The position numbers were made by a program, and so were the translations under genes. From a virus: DNA of 45,951 nt. Shown here piece by piece: positions 31,809 through 40,180 of the stretch. Where the stretch lies: the IMG/VR virus record IMGVR_UViG_3300045988_098044; one strand, written 5' to 3'. Numbering within the stretch: the stretch's first letter is position 1; every line of letters begins with the position of its first letter. Below the pieces are notes generated by a model. That model ran no database searches. It worked only from the letters and a program-made list of their open reading frames with translations, and was not told where the DNA came from.

Positions 31809-32210
31809 ATGATTATTACAAAAACAGAATTTAAGGATACGGTTAAAGAAATAATCGTTAATGGAATCAGCAACACACAACCAGAGAATATGACAGAGGA
31901 AGAAAATACAAAATCTGACAAAGAGTTAACAATAATGTTGACAGACTACTTTGAAAAGGTAATAAGAAATATCTTTTGTGGAGAACATTGGACGTACAGT
32001 AAAGATGAATTAGCTAATGTTTCGGGTTCAGTTTTAAATGATAGATTTTCTGACAATCCAGAACCATTTGTATTTATGGAAAATTTGGCATGCATTGCAA
32101 GCACTGGACTACTGATTAACATGTTAGAAGAAAAAATGCAGGAAGAAGAGCCACAGGAAAAGGAATTTGACGTAGAAGAGATTCTTAAAGAAGCAAAGGG
32201 GTGCGAGTAG
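31809..32210 (+). CDS. Hypothetical protein
   Basis: AAAGGAGA RBS about 8 nt before ATG 31809. Confidence 0.6.
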   Translation: MIITKTEFKDTVKEIIVNGISNTQPENMTEEENTKSDKELTIMLTDYFEKVIRNIFCGEHWTYSKDELANVSGSVLNDRFSDNPEPFVFMENLACIASTGLLINMLEEKMQEEEPQEKEFDVEEILKEAKGCE

Positions 32211-32212
32211 TC

Positions 32213-32476
32213 ATGATTATCACAGGATACACAAATGAATACGGAACAGTAATCCCTATGGAAGATGCAGACGATTATATCCAAAAGAGAATAAAAGGAA
32301 ATGAAGAAGATAGAGAGTGGTTCATCGACTATATGTGGGATGTACTGGAAAACAATATGGATGAACTCTTAAAACTTAGAGAAGCATTTTTTGACGATGT
32401 ATGCAGTGACAAAGAATGTGACGAGCAGTGGAATGCAATTTCGTATAACGGAGAATATGAACCAGAGGGGAGATAG
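32213..32476 (+). CDS. Hypothetical acidic protein
   Basis: Open frame; the start could be ATG 32213 or GTG 32201. Confidence 0.55.
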   Translation: MIITGYTNEYGTVIPMEDADDYIQKRIKGNEEDREWFIDYMWDVLENNMDELLKLREAFFDDVCSDKECDEQWNAISYNGEYEPEGR

Positions 32477-32481
32477 ATAAC

Positions 32482-33117
32482 ATGGGAATACATGAAAAAA
32501 TGATGCACATACAAACGACATTAAAAGCACCTAAGAATCTGTACAATTCTTTTGGAAATTACAAATACAGAAACGCAGAGGAAATCCTAGAAGCGGTTAA
32601 ACCGCTTCTAGCAGAAAACAAAATGTCAATGTACATAACAGATGATGTGCAGGCGGTAGGAGATCGTGTGTATGTAAAGGCTACTGTAAAGGTATTGGAC
32701 ACTGAAACTGGAGAATGGGTAGAAACATCAGCACTCGCAAGAGAAGCACTTAATAAAAAGGGAATGGATGATTCTCAAATAACAGGTACAGCATCATCTT
32801 ATGCACGCAAGTATGCCTTAAATGGAATCTTCTTACTGGATGATACAAAAGATGCTGATACGGACGAAAACCAGAAAGAACGCAAAGCAAGAGCTGACAA
32901 GCAGACAGATGATAACAACACAGAAGCAATCAGAGCTATGAAGATTTCAAAAATCAAACAGGACACACTTTTAAGCTTGTGTGATGAAATGGCATTTGAT
33001 ATTAACAAGATTCTTGCATCTTATCATCATAAGTCTATTTCAGAAATTACTGAGGGAGAATATCAGTATATCGTAGCAAACAAAGATAAAGCCAATGTAA
33101 GAAAGATTTGGAGCTGA
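32482..33117 (+). CDS. erf: ERF-family single-strand annealing recombinase
   Basis: LKAPKNLYNSFGNYKYRNAEEILEAVKPLL and TGTASSYARKYALNGIFLLDD motifs are typical of ERF. Confidence 0.75.
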   Translation: MGIHEKMMHIQTTLKAPKNLYNSFGNYKYRNAEEILEAVKPLLAENKMSMYITDDVQAVGDRVYVKATVKVLDTETGEWVETSALAREALNKKGMDDSQITGTASSYARKYALNGIFLLDDTKDADTDENQKERKARADKQTDDNNTEAIRAMKISKIKQDTLLSLCDEMAFDINKILASYHHKSISEITEGEYQYIVANKDKANVRKIWS

Positions 33118-33121
33118 TTAG

Positions 33122-33682
33122 ATGGAAACTAAAGCCAAAATTCATGATATATCCATTGATTTTGAAAGCGGTAAGCAGGTTATTTCCCTTGTGTGTGAAA
33201 AAGACATACGAGGGGAATATGACCGACTAAAAGACAAAGAATGTCGGCTTAAGGTTGTTCAGTACCGTGAGGGCAGGTCTTTAGATGCCAATGCATACTT
33301 TCATGTACTGGTTGGAAAGATTGCAGAAGTAACGGATAACAGCAAGGTATATATAAAGAACAAACTCATAGCAGAGTACGGACAGCATGAGATTATAAAC
33401 GGTTCTCTTGTATCACTTCCGTTGGATAACGATATAGAAGTGTACGACCTTGAGTTTTGCCACCTGCAACCGACAGCCAGTACAACTACCAATAAGGCAG
33501 GTAAGTTGTTCAGAATCAATCTGGTAATGCGTGGGAGTCATACCTACAACACAAAGGAAATGTCTGAACTGATAAAAGGAACTGTTGCAGAAGCAAAAGA
33601 GCTTGGAATTGAGACAGCGACACCGCAGGAGATAAAAGAAATGGAAGAAAGGTGGAGAGTAAAACTTGAAAAAGCTAACTAG
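33122..33682 (+). CDS. Recombination-module protein with a NinB/Orf-like RSLDxN motif (putative)
   Basis: REGRSLDANAYFHVLVGKIAE resembles lambda NinB RSLDQNRKLWACLGDVS; lies between the ERF and RusA genes. Confidence 0.35.
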   Translation: METKAKIHDISIDFESGKQVISLVCEKDIRGEYDRLKDKECRLKVVQYREGRSLDANAYFHVLVGKIAEVTDNSKVYIKNKLIAEYGQHEIINGSLVSLPLDNDIEVYDLEFCHLQPTASTTTNKAGKLFRINLVMRGSHTYNTKEMSELIKGTVAEAKELGIETATPQEIKEMEERWRVKLEKAN

Positions 33683-33953
33683 TGTATTTACAGAAAATAT
33701 GGACTGTTGCATTTACACAGGTTCTTACATAGTGGAAAGACATCATATTTTCGGTGGTTCTAATAGGAAGAAAAGTGAAAAATATGGATTTGTCGTACCA
33801 CTAAGGCCAGACTTTCATCCGAACGGTGTACATTTTAACAGAAAAAATGGAGACATAGATACAAAGCTTAAGACGATTGCTCAAACATATTATGAAGAGC
33901 ATATCGGTAGCAGGGAAGAGTTCAGAAAGGAGTTTGGCAAGTCATGGCTGTAA
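33666..33953 (+). CDS. Conserved phage protein with an HNH/zinc-finger-like CxYTG..ERHHIFGGSNRKKSE motif
   Basis: TTG start 6 nt after a GGTGGAGAG RBS. Confidence 0.5.
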   Translation: MKKLTSVFTENMDCCIYTGSYIVERHHIFGGSNRKKSEKYGFVVPLRPDFHPNGVHFNRKNGDIDTKLKTIAQTYYEEHIGSREEFRKEFGKSWL

Positions 33954-34324
33954 CATATACGATTCAAGGCAGACTAGACGGACTTAACACTTTTATTTAT
34001 GCAAACAGGACCAATCCCTACAAAGGTGCCAGATGCAAAAAAAACAATCAAAAAATTTGCAAGGCATACATACCACAATGGCTAAAGAAAAAGCACATAA
34101 AATTCCCAGTGATTCTGGAAATTAAGTGGTATGAAAAGAATAAAAGACGTGATCCAGACAATGTCTTTTCGGCTATTAAGTACATATTAGATAGCTTGGT
34201 AGAAGCAGGAGTGTTCCCAAACGATGGTCAGAAACAGGTAGAGGGTATCGTTAACTGGATAAAGGTTGATGCAAAGAATCCAAGAATCGAGATAACAATC
34301 TACGAAGACGGAGACAAATATTAA
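33944..34324 (+). CDS. rusA: RusA-like Holliday junction resolvase
   Basis: KRRDPDNVFSAIKYILDSLVEAGVFPNDGQKQV matches the RusA-family acidic motif. Confidence 0.7.
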   Translation: MAVTYTIQGRLDGLNTFIYANRTNPYKGARCKKNNQKICKAYIPQWLKKKHIKFPVILEIKWYEKNKRRDPDNVFSAIKYILDSLVEAGVFPNDGQKQVEGIVNWIKVDAKNPRIEITIYEDGDKY

Positions 34325-34335
34325 GCAGGAGGGCA

Positions 34336-35121
34336 ATGATGCAAATAAACATAAATACAGACTGGGAATGGTATGAAAACACAAATGTATTTAGATTGTT
34401 TTATCATTGCCTACTACATACAAATTTAGAGGACAAGCGGTACTGCGGAAAAGAGATAAAGGCAGGACAATTTGTATCTTCGATAACAAGAATCAGTGCA
34501 GAGACAGGATTAACAGAATCGCAGGTCCGAACAGCACTAAAGAAACTAAAGGACACTGGGTATTTATCCACAAAAAGCACAAATAAATACACGATATACA
34601 CAGTTTTCGACTACGAAAAGTACATAGATTGTGGACAAGTTGTAGAAGCAACTGCCAAGGTTGAAAATGGAACAAAAATGGAACAACCAGTGGAACGAAA
34701 AATGGAACAAACAGACAAAAACGCAAAGAAAAATTGCGAGAAATCAAAAGAAAATTGCGAGAAGTCAAACAAAAAAGCATTCATTGATTGCTTTGAAAAG
34801 CTCTGGAAACAGTACCCGAATAAACGTGGTAAGGGGCAGGTATCCGATGCAAAGAAAAAGACTCTGTATGAGATAGGAGAAGAAAAAATAGAAAGAGCCT
34901 TGAAAAGGTATCTGGATGATTTATCTAAGGACAGTAGTTGGAGAAAACCACAGAACGGAAGTACATTCTTTAATTCTGGTTACGTGGATTATCTGGACGA
35001 GAACTACGAGAAACCACCAGAACCGAAGCCACAGCGGAATCCTGCAAGTGTCTTAGAGTGCGAGAGAGACTATGACTTTGATGATTTAGAAATGCAGTTA
35101 CTACATAAGCAATTAGAGTAA
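34336..35121 (+). CDS. Replication initiator / replisome organizer (winged-helix N-domain, DnaD-like C-domain)
   Basis: C-terminal FEKLWKQYPNKRGKG...ALKRYL...W.KPQNGSTFFNSGY pattern is typical of phage replication proteins; iterons lie in the linker. Confidence 0.65.
   Translation: MMQININTDWEWYENTNVFRLFYHCLLHTNLEDKRYCGKEIKAGQFVSSITRISAETGLTESQVRTALKKLKDTGYLSTKSTNKYTIYTVFDYEKYIDCGQVVEATAKVENGTKMEQPVERKMEQTDKNAKKNCEKSKENCEKSNKKAFIDCFEKLWKQYPNKRGKGQVSDAKKKTLYEIGEEKIERALKRYLDDLSKDSSWRKPQNGSTFFNSGYVDYLDENYEKPPEPKPQRNPASVLECERDYDFDDLEMQLLHKQLE
34668..34769 (+). repeat. Ori-like repeats: 4x TGGAAC (34668, 34679, 34691, 34703) and 2x AAAATTGCGAGAA(A/G)TCAAA (34730 and 34751)
   Basis: Read directly; spacings of 11-12 nt and 21 nt; located in the inter-domain linker of the replication gene. 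Confidence 0.7.
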
Positions 35122-35141
35122 GGAAAAAGGAGTGATGGAAA

Positions 35142-35477
35142 ATGTATCAAATGAGTTTTTTTGGTAATGAAACAGCACTTAGAAGCCATTCCATTACCAA
35201 GCAGACTAGAAGAGAATCCCACAAAAAGATTAATAAAGAAGCAATACATATCTTAATTCTTGAACAGCTTGAATACGAAGCTATGACAGCACGAGAGATC
35301 GCAACGGTATTGTATAAGCATAAAAAAGTCTTAGAACCGACAAGGCAGCAGGTACAACCACGGCTAACGGAGTTAGTGCAGGACGGACGTATTGAGGTAT
35401 GCGGTAAACGTCATGACAGTTTGACAGGCAGGAATGTAGCAATCTACAGAAAGGTGGCGGAAGAAGATGGGTTATAA
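35142..35477 (+). CDS. Winged-helix (MarR-like) DNA-binding protein, putative
   Basis: MTAREIATVLYKHK...RLTELVQDGRIEV pattern. Confidence 0.45.
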   Translation: MYQMSFFGNETALRSHSITKQTRRESHKKINKEAIHILILEQLEYEAMTAREIATVLYKHKKVLEPTRQQVQPRLTELVQDGRIEVCGKRHDSLTGRNVAIYRKVAEEDGL

Positions 35478-35853
35478 GAAATTCACAACAGAATTTAAAA
35501 GAAAAGTTGTTGCGGAAAGTAACGCAAGACATGAGGTAAAGAGCGTTGCGAAAGAATACGGCATTGATTCATCCACCCTCTTTAAATGGAAAAAACAGAA
35601 CTTAGATGAAAACAAAGAAGAAAATGCCCCATATTCTCGTGAATACATAAAAATGGTAGTAAAGACAAGACTGACAAAAAACAATACGTCAAAATCTTGC
35701 TCACAAATGTTTAAGATTCCAGAGTATTTGATTACATTTTGGACAGAAAAATTTGGGGATGAAGTAAGAAAAGAAATTGAAGCAGAACGGCAAAGTAACA
35801 AAAGGAAACCTAGAGGTATTCATGTTACATCCAGTGCTGTCTACTGGAAATAA
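35467..35853 (+). CDS. HTH_Tnp_1 (IS3 OrfA-like) DNA-binding protein; no transposase catalytic domain
   Basis: FTTEFKRKVVAES...VAKEYGIDSSTLFKWKKQ. Confidence 0.55.
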   Translation: MGYKKFTTEFKRKVVAESNARHEVKSVAKEYGIDSSTLFKWKKQNLDENKEENAPYSREYIKMVVKTRLTKNNTSKSCSQMFKIPEYLITFWTEKFGDEVRKEIEAERQSNKRKPRGIHVTSSAVYWK

Positions 35854-35870
35854 GAAAAGGAGTTAAAGAA

Positions 35871-36503
35871 ATGAAAGGTTACAAAGCATTTAATAAAGGA
35901 TTGATTTGTAAAGGAAAGAAGTACAAAGAGAATGAAACTTTTGAGGAAGAAAGAGCAGTTCCATGTCACAGAGGTATGCACTTCTGTAAGAATCCGTTCG
36001 ATGTGCTTAATTTTTATGATCTGGTAGACGAGAATGGAGAATTTTCGGATTTTGCAAGAGTAGAAGCACCAGACGATGCAGAGGTAAAAACAGACGATAA
36101 TATCAAATATTGCACAACAAAGCTTAAGATTGGAGCAAAGTTTTCTTTCGCAGGATTTGTTAAAACTTGCGTTGATTTTGCAATTGAGAAAACACAGTCA
36201 GAGAAACCAGACTCTGGGGACTCCGCAAAGATTGGTAGCTCTGGGGACTCCGCACAGATTGGTAGCTCTGGGGACTACGCACAGATTAAAAGCACAGGAT
36301 ACGACAGCATTATTTGTTGTGCAGGGGATGATAGTTGCGTAAGTGCTAAAAAAGGAAGTTGGATTACTCTTGCGGAATGGAAATATAGCTATGAGAAAGA
36401 TAGATATGTTCCTAAGTGTGTAAAGACAGAGTATGTGGACGGAGAGAGAATCAAAGAAGACACGATGTACAAATTAATTGATGGAGAATTTACAGAAGTT
36501 TAG
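35871..36503 (+). CDS. DUF7666-like protein with an internal 9-aa tandem repeat (SGDSAKIGS)
   Basis: N-terminal MKGYKAFNKGLICKGKKYKENETFEE..CHRGMHFCKNPFDV pattern, recalled from phage early regions. Confidence 0.55.
   Translation: MKGYKAFNKGLICKGKKYKENETFEEERAVPCHRGMHFCKNPFDVLNFYDLVDENGEFSDFARVEAPDDAEVKTDDNIKYCTTKLKIGAKFSFAGFVKTCVDFAIEKTQSEKPDSGDSAKIGSSGDSAQIGSSGDYAQIKSTGYDSIICCAGDDSCVSAKKGSWITLAEWKYSYEKDRYVPKCVKTEYVDGERIKEDTMYKLIDGEFTEV
36212..36287 (+). repeat. 27-bp tandem repeat, about 2.8 copies (CTCTGGGGACTCCGCA[A/C]AGATTGGTAG)
   Basis: Read directly. Confidence 0.9.
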
Positions 36504-36517
36504 TAACTAAATATCCT

Positions 36518-36590
36518 CTTTTCTGGTTTGATTCTCTGTCTAAAGAAACTATAAATAATGTTTTTTAGGCAGAGACTCAAGCCAGAAAAG
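36518..36590. other. Long hairpin: 25-nt arms (36518..36542 and 36566..36590) with 3 mismatches, two of them G-U compatible; 23-nt loop
   Basis: Reverse-complement comparison by eye. Confidence 0.7.
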
Positions 36591-36735
36591 GCTTGTTGCA
36601 CAGGATTTTTGTATACCACACGACAACTAAATAAAAGAATCCTCGCAACGCATAAGTACAATATAGCTATTGTATAAGTCATGATTTCCCCTGCTATTAA
36701 CGGCAGGGGAGAGAATGGACAGTAAAGGAGTAAAA

Positions 36736-36870
36736 ATGCAAATTTATAATATAGAAACGAAAGCAATTATAAGCGGAGAAGAAATAAAAGAATTAGATGA
36801 TTGTTGGTTTATCAGTAGTAGATTTTTAGATCAAGCCATAGAAGATTATTTAACAAATAAGGAGGATTAA
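36736..36870 (+). CDS. Hypothetical 44-aa protein
   Basis: AAAGGAG RBS; its stop lies inside the RBS of the next gene. Confidence 0.4.
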   Translation: MQIYNIETKAIISGEEIKELDDCWFISSRFLDQAIEDYLTNKED

Positions 36871-36872
36871 AT

Positions 36873-37373
36873 ATGGGAATTAAAAATCTAACAGAAGCAG
36901 AAGAAAAAGAGTTTTACAGACTTGTTGAGAAGATGAATGGAGAAAAACCAGACAAGGAACAGGGTGTAAAGGTAAGGAAACCACGACAATCAGAAGAATA
37001 TTTTTGTATTAGTAATGATGGAGCTGTTATACAAAGCAGGTGGACGAATGATTCTTTAGATGAAGGAAGATGGGAATTAGGAAACGTCTTTTTCACAGAA
37101 GAGTCAGCGTGGCTTGCCAGAGAAAAAAGAAAAGTAGAAGTTGAACTTGAACGATATGCAAAGGAACACAATGACCCAACACTCGAAGATAGTTATTTCA
37201 TTTTGCATGATGAATACAATGAAGAACTTGATTATGATGTGTGGGCCGATTACAGACCACAGGGAGCGGTGGTATTCACATCAAAACAACTTGTATTTGA
37301 TGCGATCGAGTCAATAGGAAGAGACAGAATCCTTAAATACATCTTTGGGGTAGAAAGTGAGGGGGAGGAATGA
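36873..37373 (+). CDS. Hypothetical protein
   Basis: AAGGAGG RBS; 166 aa. Confidence 0.65.
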   Translation: MGIKNLTEAEEKEFYRLVEKMNGEKPDKEQGVKVRKPRQSEEYFCISNDGAVIQSRWTNDSLDEGRWELGNVFFTEESAWLAREKRKVEVELERYAKEHNDPTLEDSYFILHDEYNEELDYDVWADYRPQGAVVFTSKQLVFDAIESIGRDRILKYIFGVESEGEE

Positions 37374-37668
37374 ATTTTACAAAATCTTACTAAGATTTTA
37401 TGAAAAGATTTTTAGAAAAGTATATAGCGGCAAAGAGGAATCGAAAGAATGTATAGATATAAATGAGATAGATGAAATATACGTTATCGCATTTGATTGT
37501 CTGTACAAAGATGATGGAATAACACCAAATTATGTAATATATCAAGAAAATATGTTGTGTTTAACAAGCATAAATGCTTTATATGAAATTTTAAGAAGCA
37601 AAATCGAAGATGATTATTGCGAATTAGAAAGAGACATTGACGGCTTATTAAATATGTGGAATGACTAA
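37357..37668 (+). CDS. Hypothetical protein (GTG start uncertain)
   Basis: Open frame co-oriented with its neighbours; weak RBS. Confidence 0.45.
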   Translation: MRGRNEFYKILLRFYEKIFRKVYSGKEESKECIDINEIDEIYVIAFDCLYKDDGITPNYVIYQENMLCLTSINALYEILRSKIEDDYCELERDIDGLLNMWND

Positions 37669-37692
37669 CAGGGTTAAATAAAGGAGTTTGTT

Positions 37693-37911
37693 ATGCCAGA
37701 CGAAGAACTAGAAAAACGCATCAAACTTGAACTTGCACTTATTCATCAGTGCAAAGAATCAGACATTATAATTTGCCACATTAAGGTATTAATAGATTGT
37801 TTTAAGTTTTATGTGATTTATAGAATGAAATATTCACTTTGTATGTCAATTACATTAGATGGTTTAGATATTTGTAAAGGAGAAAGAACATGGACGTTAT
37901 CAAACAAATAG
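37693..37911 (+). CDS. Hypothetical protein
   Basis: AAAGGAG RBS. Confidence 0.55.
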   Translation: MPDEELEKRIKLELALIHQCKESDIIICHIKVLIDCFKFYVIYRMKYSLCMSITLDGLDICKGERTWTLSNK

Positions 37912-38117
37912 ATTACATGATAGCTTGCCTAGAGATGGTAAAAGAAGAAATCAATTACAAAAAAAGATGGGAAATGAAAATAAAAATGAGAGAGGATAAC
38001 GACTGGAACTGGTATAAGAAACACAGGACACCAAACAATGCACTTATCAAAGAAAATCTTAGAAATGTTGGAAGAACAGGATTCAAGCTTGCGAAAGATT
38101 TAGAGGTGGGAGAATGA
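37890..38117 (+). CDS. Hypothetical protein
   Basis: AAAGGAGA RBS. Confidence 0.55.
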   Translation: MDVIKQIDYMIACLEMVKEEINYKKRWEMKIKMREDNDWNWYKKHRTPNNALIKENLRNVGRTGFKLAKDLEVGE

Positions 38118-38443
38118 AAATATATTCAAATCGAGCTGATAAAAATGTGGACTGTATCAGAACAAGCATGAGAACAGAAAAACACAATAGTTTGCACGTA
38201 ACATTAAATTTTAGGAGAACTGTTGGTGGACCAGTTACCATGGAAGAAGAAACAGGCAGTGAAGTGAGAATAAACTTTACTGATACTTGCGAACTTGACA
38301 ATTTTATTATGGCACTGACACAGCTAAAGGAAATGACAAAGGGTTACTATGGAAAATGGGAGATTGAAAAGGAGAACGACTATGACAATAGCGGAGCAGG
38401 TAGCACAGTGTTTTTTAGAAAGCATAGAAAAGACAATCAATGA
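38114..38443 (+). CDS. Hypothetical protein
   Basis: GGTGGGAGA RBS; ATGA overlap with the upstream gene. Confidence 0.55.
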   Translation: MKIYSNRADKNVDCIRTSMRTEKHNSLHVTLNFRRTVGGPVTMEEETGSEVRINFTDTCELDNFIMALTQLKEMTKGYYGKWEIEKENDYDNSGAGSTVFFRKHRKDNQ

Positions 38444-38747
38444 AAACAATATGGATGTCGGAGCGTTAGAATCAAATACTTATTATCGTTCTGAAAAAGC
38501 AAAAATGGTAGTGACAGATACAAAGACAGGGATAGTTATTGCAACAATGACCTGTGACATGAATCCAAAAAGAAGAAAACAGGAAAAAGATTTAGATGAT
38601 TATTGCCGTAAAAGAGTATGCCCTGTTTGTATTTTTAAAAATCAAGAACCTTGTATAACGAACAAAATTGCCTATGGAGTAGCTACTAATAAAGAGGTAG
38701 AGGAAAACTATAAAAAGATGTTAGAAGAAGAGGAGCTGAAAGAATGA
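38382..38747 (+). CDS. Hypothetical protein; start refined to ATG 38382 (62-nt overlap with the previous ORF)
   Basis: AAAGGAGAA RBS 5 nt upstream of 38382. Confidence 0.55.
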   Translation: MTIAEQVAQCFLESIEKTINENNMDVGALESNTYYRSEKAKMVVTDTKTGIVIATMTCDMNPKRRKQEKDLDDYCRKRVCPVCIFKNQEPCITNKIAYGVATNKEVEENYKKMLEEEELKE

Positions 38748-39046
38748 TACTAAAAATCTTACTTGTTATCATTGGTGTTTTCTTAGGACTGGTAGTCAGT
38801 GGTTTCTGCCAGTCCGCTAAAGCAAGAGATACGATTACAATGACGTTAGAAGATTATGAACACATGGGAGAAATATTACACAGTCTGCCGATAAGAGAAC
38901 GGCACAAAAGCCTTAAAGGAAAAGACGTGGCGTTATACAGATGTCCTAAATGTAAAAGTTATGTAGCGGAATGGACAGAAGTTTGTGAGTGTGGGAATCG
39001 GTTAGACTGGGGAGAAAGCGAGGTCTTAAGTGTTAATAAAAATTGA
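38744..39046 (+). CDS. N-terminally membrane-anchored zinc-ribbon protein
   Basis: TM segment ILLVIIGVFLGLVVSGF; CPKC...CECG. Confidence 0.55.
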   Translation: MILKILLVIIGVFLGLVVSGFCQSAKARDTITMTLEDYEHMGEILHSLPIRERHKSLKGKDVALYRCPKCKSYVAEWTEVCECGNRLDWGESEVLSVNKN

Positions 39047-39242
39047 TGATGCAACGGCTATAAATATGCAACATGCCGTTAGGTTATATGTTTCTGAATC
39101 AGTAAATGGATATGAGGTAAGTTGTGTGACATTATATAATGTATACACTATCAAGAAATGTGAAACAAGAGAAGAAGCAATAAAAGTGTTGGATAAAATA
39201 CTTAATCAGTATGACAGAGGACAAAAAGTTATCAAGTTATAA
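39030..39242 (+). CDS. Hypothetical protein (GTG start)
   Basis: GCGAGGT RBS. Confidence 0.5.
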   Translation: MLIKIDDATAINMQHAVRLYVSESVNGYEVSCVTLYNVYTIKKCETREEAIKVLDKILNQYDRGQKVIKL

Positions 39243-39254
39243 AGGGGCGTTATT

Positions 39255-39471
39255 ATGAGAGGGAAAGATAATCCGTGCTATGGGTGCACAGAAGCCACAG
39301 GAAGAGCTTATAATTGCCATACCCTATGTGACCGGCTATAAACAGTTTCAAGACGATTGTAAGGCAGAGAAGAACGTTATCAAAAGGAAAAATCCTTATT
39401 ACAAGTCGTTATCTAAAGAAAAATTTATGAAACGGAATGCTTTGAACAGGAACAGGAGGGGAAGAAAATGA
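39255..39471 (+). pseudogene. Cys-rich phage gene split by an apparent 1-nt frame change (39255..39341 in frame 0; continuation 39337..39471 in frame +1)
   Basis: Good RBS and ATG at 39255 give only 28 aa (..PCYGC..CHTLCDRL*). Track ORF 39280..39471 has no RBS. Skipping C39336 joins the halves as ..CHTLCDR-YKQFQDD.. Confidence 0.45.
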
Positions 39472-39926
39472 TTAGTACAGCTAAAGCAATAAAGAAAACC
39501 AGAGAAGCACAAGGAATGACACAAAAAGAACTTGCTGAAAGATGCGGTTATACAGTCACTGATATTAAAGCATATGAACTTGGGGAAAAAGAACCAAAAC
39601 ACATTAATCTTATGACTATAGCAGGAGCATTGGGTGTTACGATGTATGAGATGTTTGAAAGAATGGAAGAGATTGAAGAACCAGAGAATCTAAATCTTGA
39701 TGTTATCAGAAACGCACTAAGTGCCTATAAAGCCATTGTAAAAACTCCATTGGACCAAGTGATAGTAATGGCATTAAAAGAACTTATACAGTACAAAGAG
39801 ACAGGACTAACACCCGATGAAATTAATGGGATGAAAAAAAGACAAGAAAAAATTGATCTCATGGCAATTGAATATGATAATATTTGCGAGAAATACGACA
39901 AACTATATGGAAAGGAGCAAATGTGA
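39468..39926 (+). CDS. XRE-family HTH protein with a C-terminal domain duplicated in the next gene
   Basis: MTQKELAERCGYTVTDIKAYELGEKEP. Confidence 0.7.
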   Translation: MISTAKAIKKTREAQGMTQKELAERCGYTVTDIKAYELGEKEPKHINLMTIAGALGVTMYEMFERMEEIEEPENLNLDVIRNALSAYKAIVKTPLDQVIVMALKELIQYKETGLTPDEINGMKKRQEKIDLMAIEYDNICEKYDKLYGKEQM

Positions 39927-40180
39927 TGTATCAGCAAGAAAAAGAAACACGATTAGATATTGATGATGTCAGAAACGCACTAGAAGCTTATAAAGCTAAT
40001 ATTGTAACACCATTGGACTACGTTATAGTGAAAGCATTAAAAGAGCTTATAGAGTACAAAGATATAGGACTAATACCGCAGGCAATAAAAGATATGGATA
40101 AGATGTATTTAGAAAAGTGCCAACAGGTTAACAGGCTAACGTGTACCTGCGAAATGCTAGAAAGGATGGCTAAAAAGTGA
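39926..40180 (+). CDS. Hypothetical 84-aa protein, paralogous to the C-domain of the upstream gene; start refined to ATG 39926
   Basis: AAAGGAG RBS; TGATG overlap with the upstream gene. Confidence 0.6.
   Translation: MYQQEKETRLDIDDVRNALEAYKANIVTPLDYVIVKALKELIEYKDIGLIPQAIKDMDKMYLEKCQQVNRLTCTCEMLERMAKK

Noticed and set aside
35467-35853. Possible insertion sequence (IS3-type OrfA-like HTH)
   Set aside because: Only the HTH_Tnp_1-like DNA-binding part is present. There is no DDE transposase ORF, no frameshift partner and no terminal inverted repeats. It sits in register with the phage early operon.
36500-36766. 88-aa minus-strand ORF in the gap after the DUF7666-like gene
   Set aside because: It has no Shine-Dalgarno sequence. 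It spans two strong hairpins, and its composition looks like translated structured or AT-rich DNA. The region is better described as non-coding.
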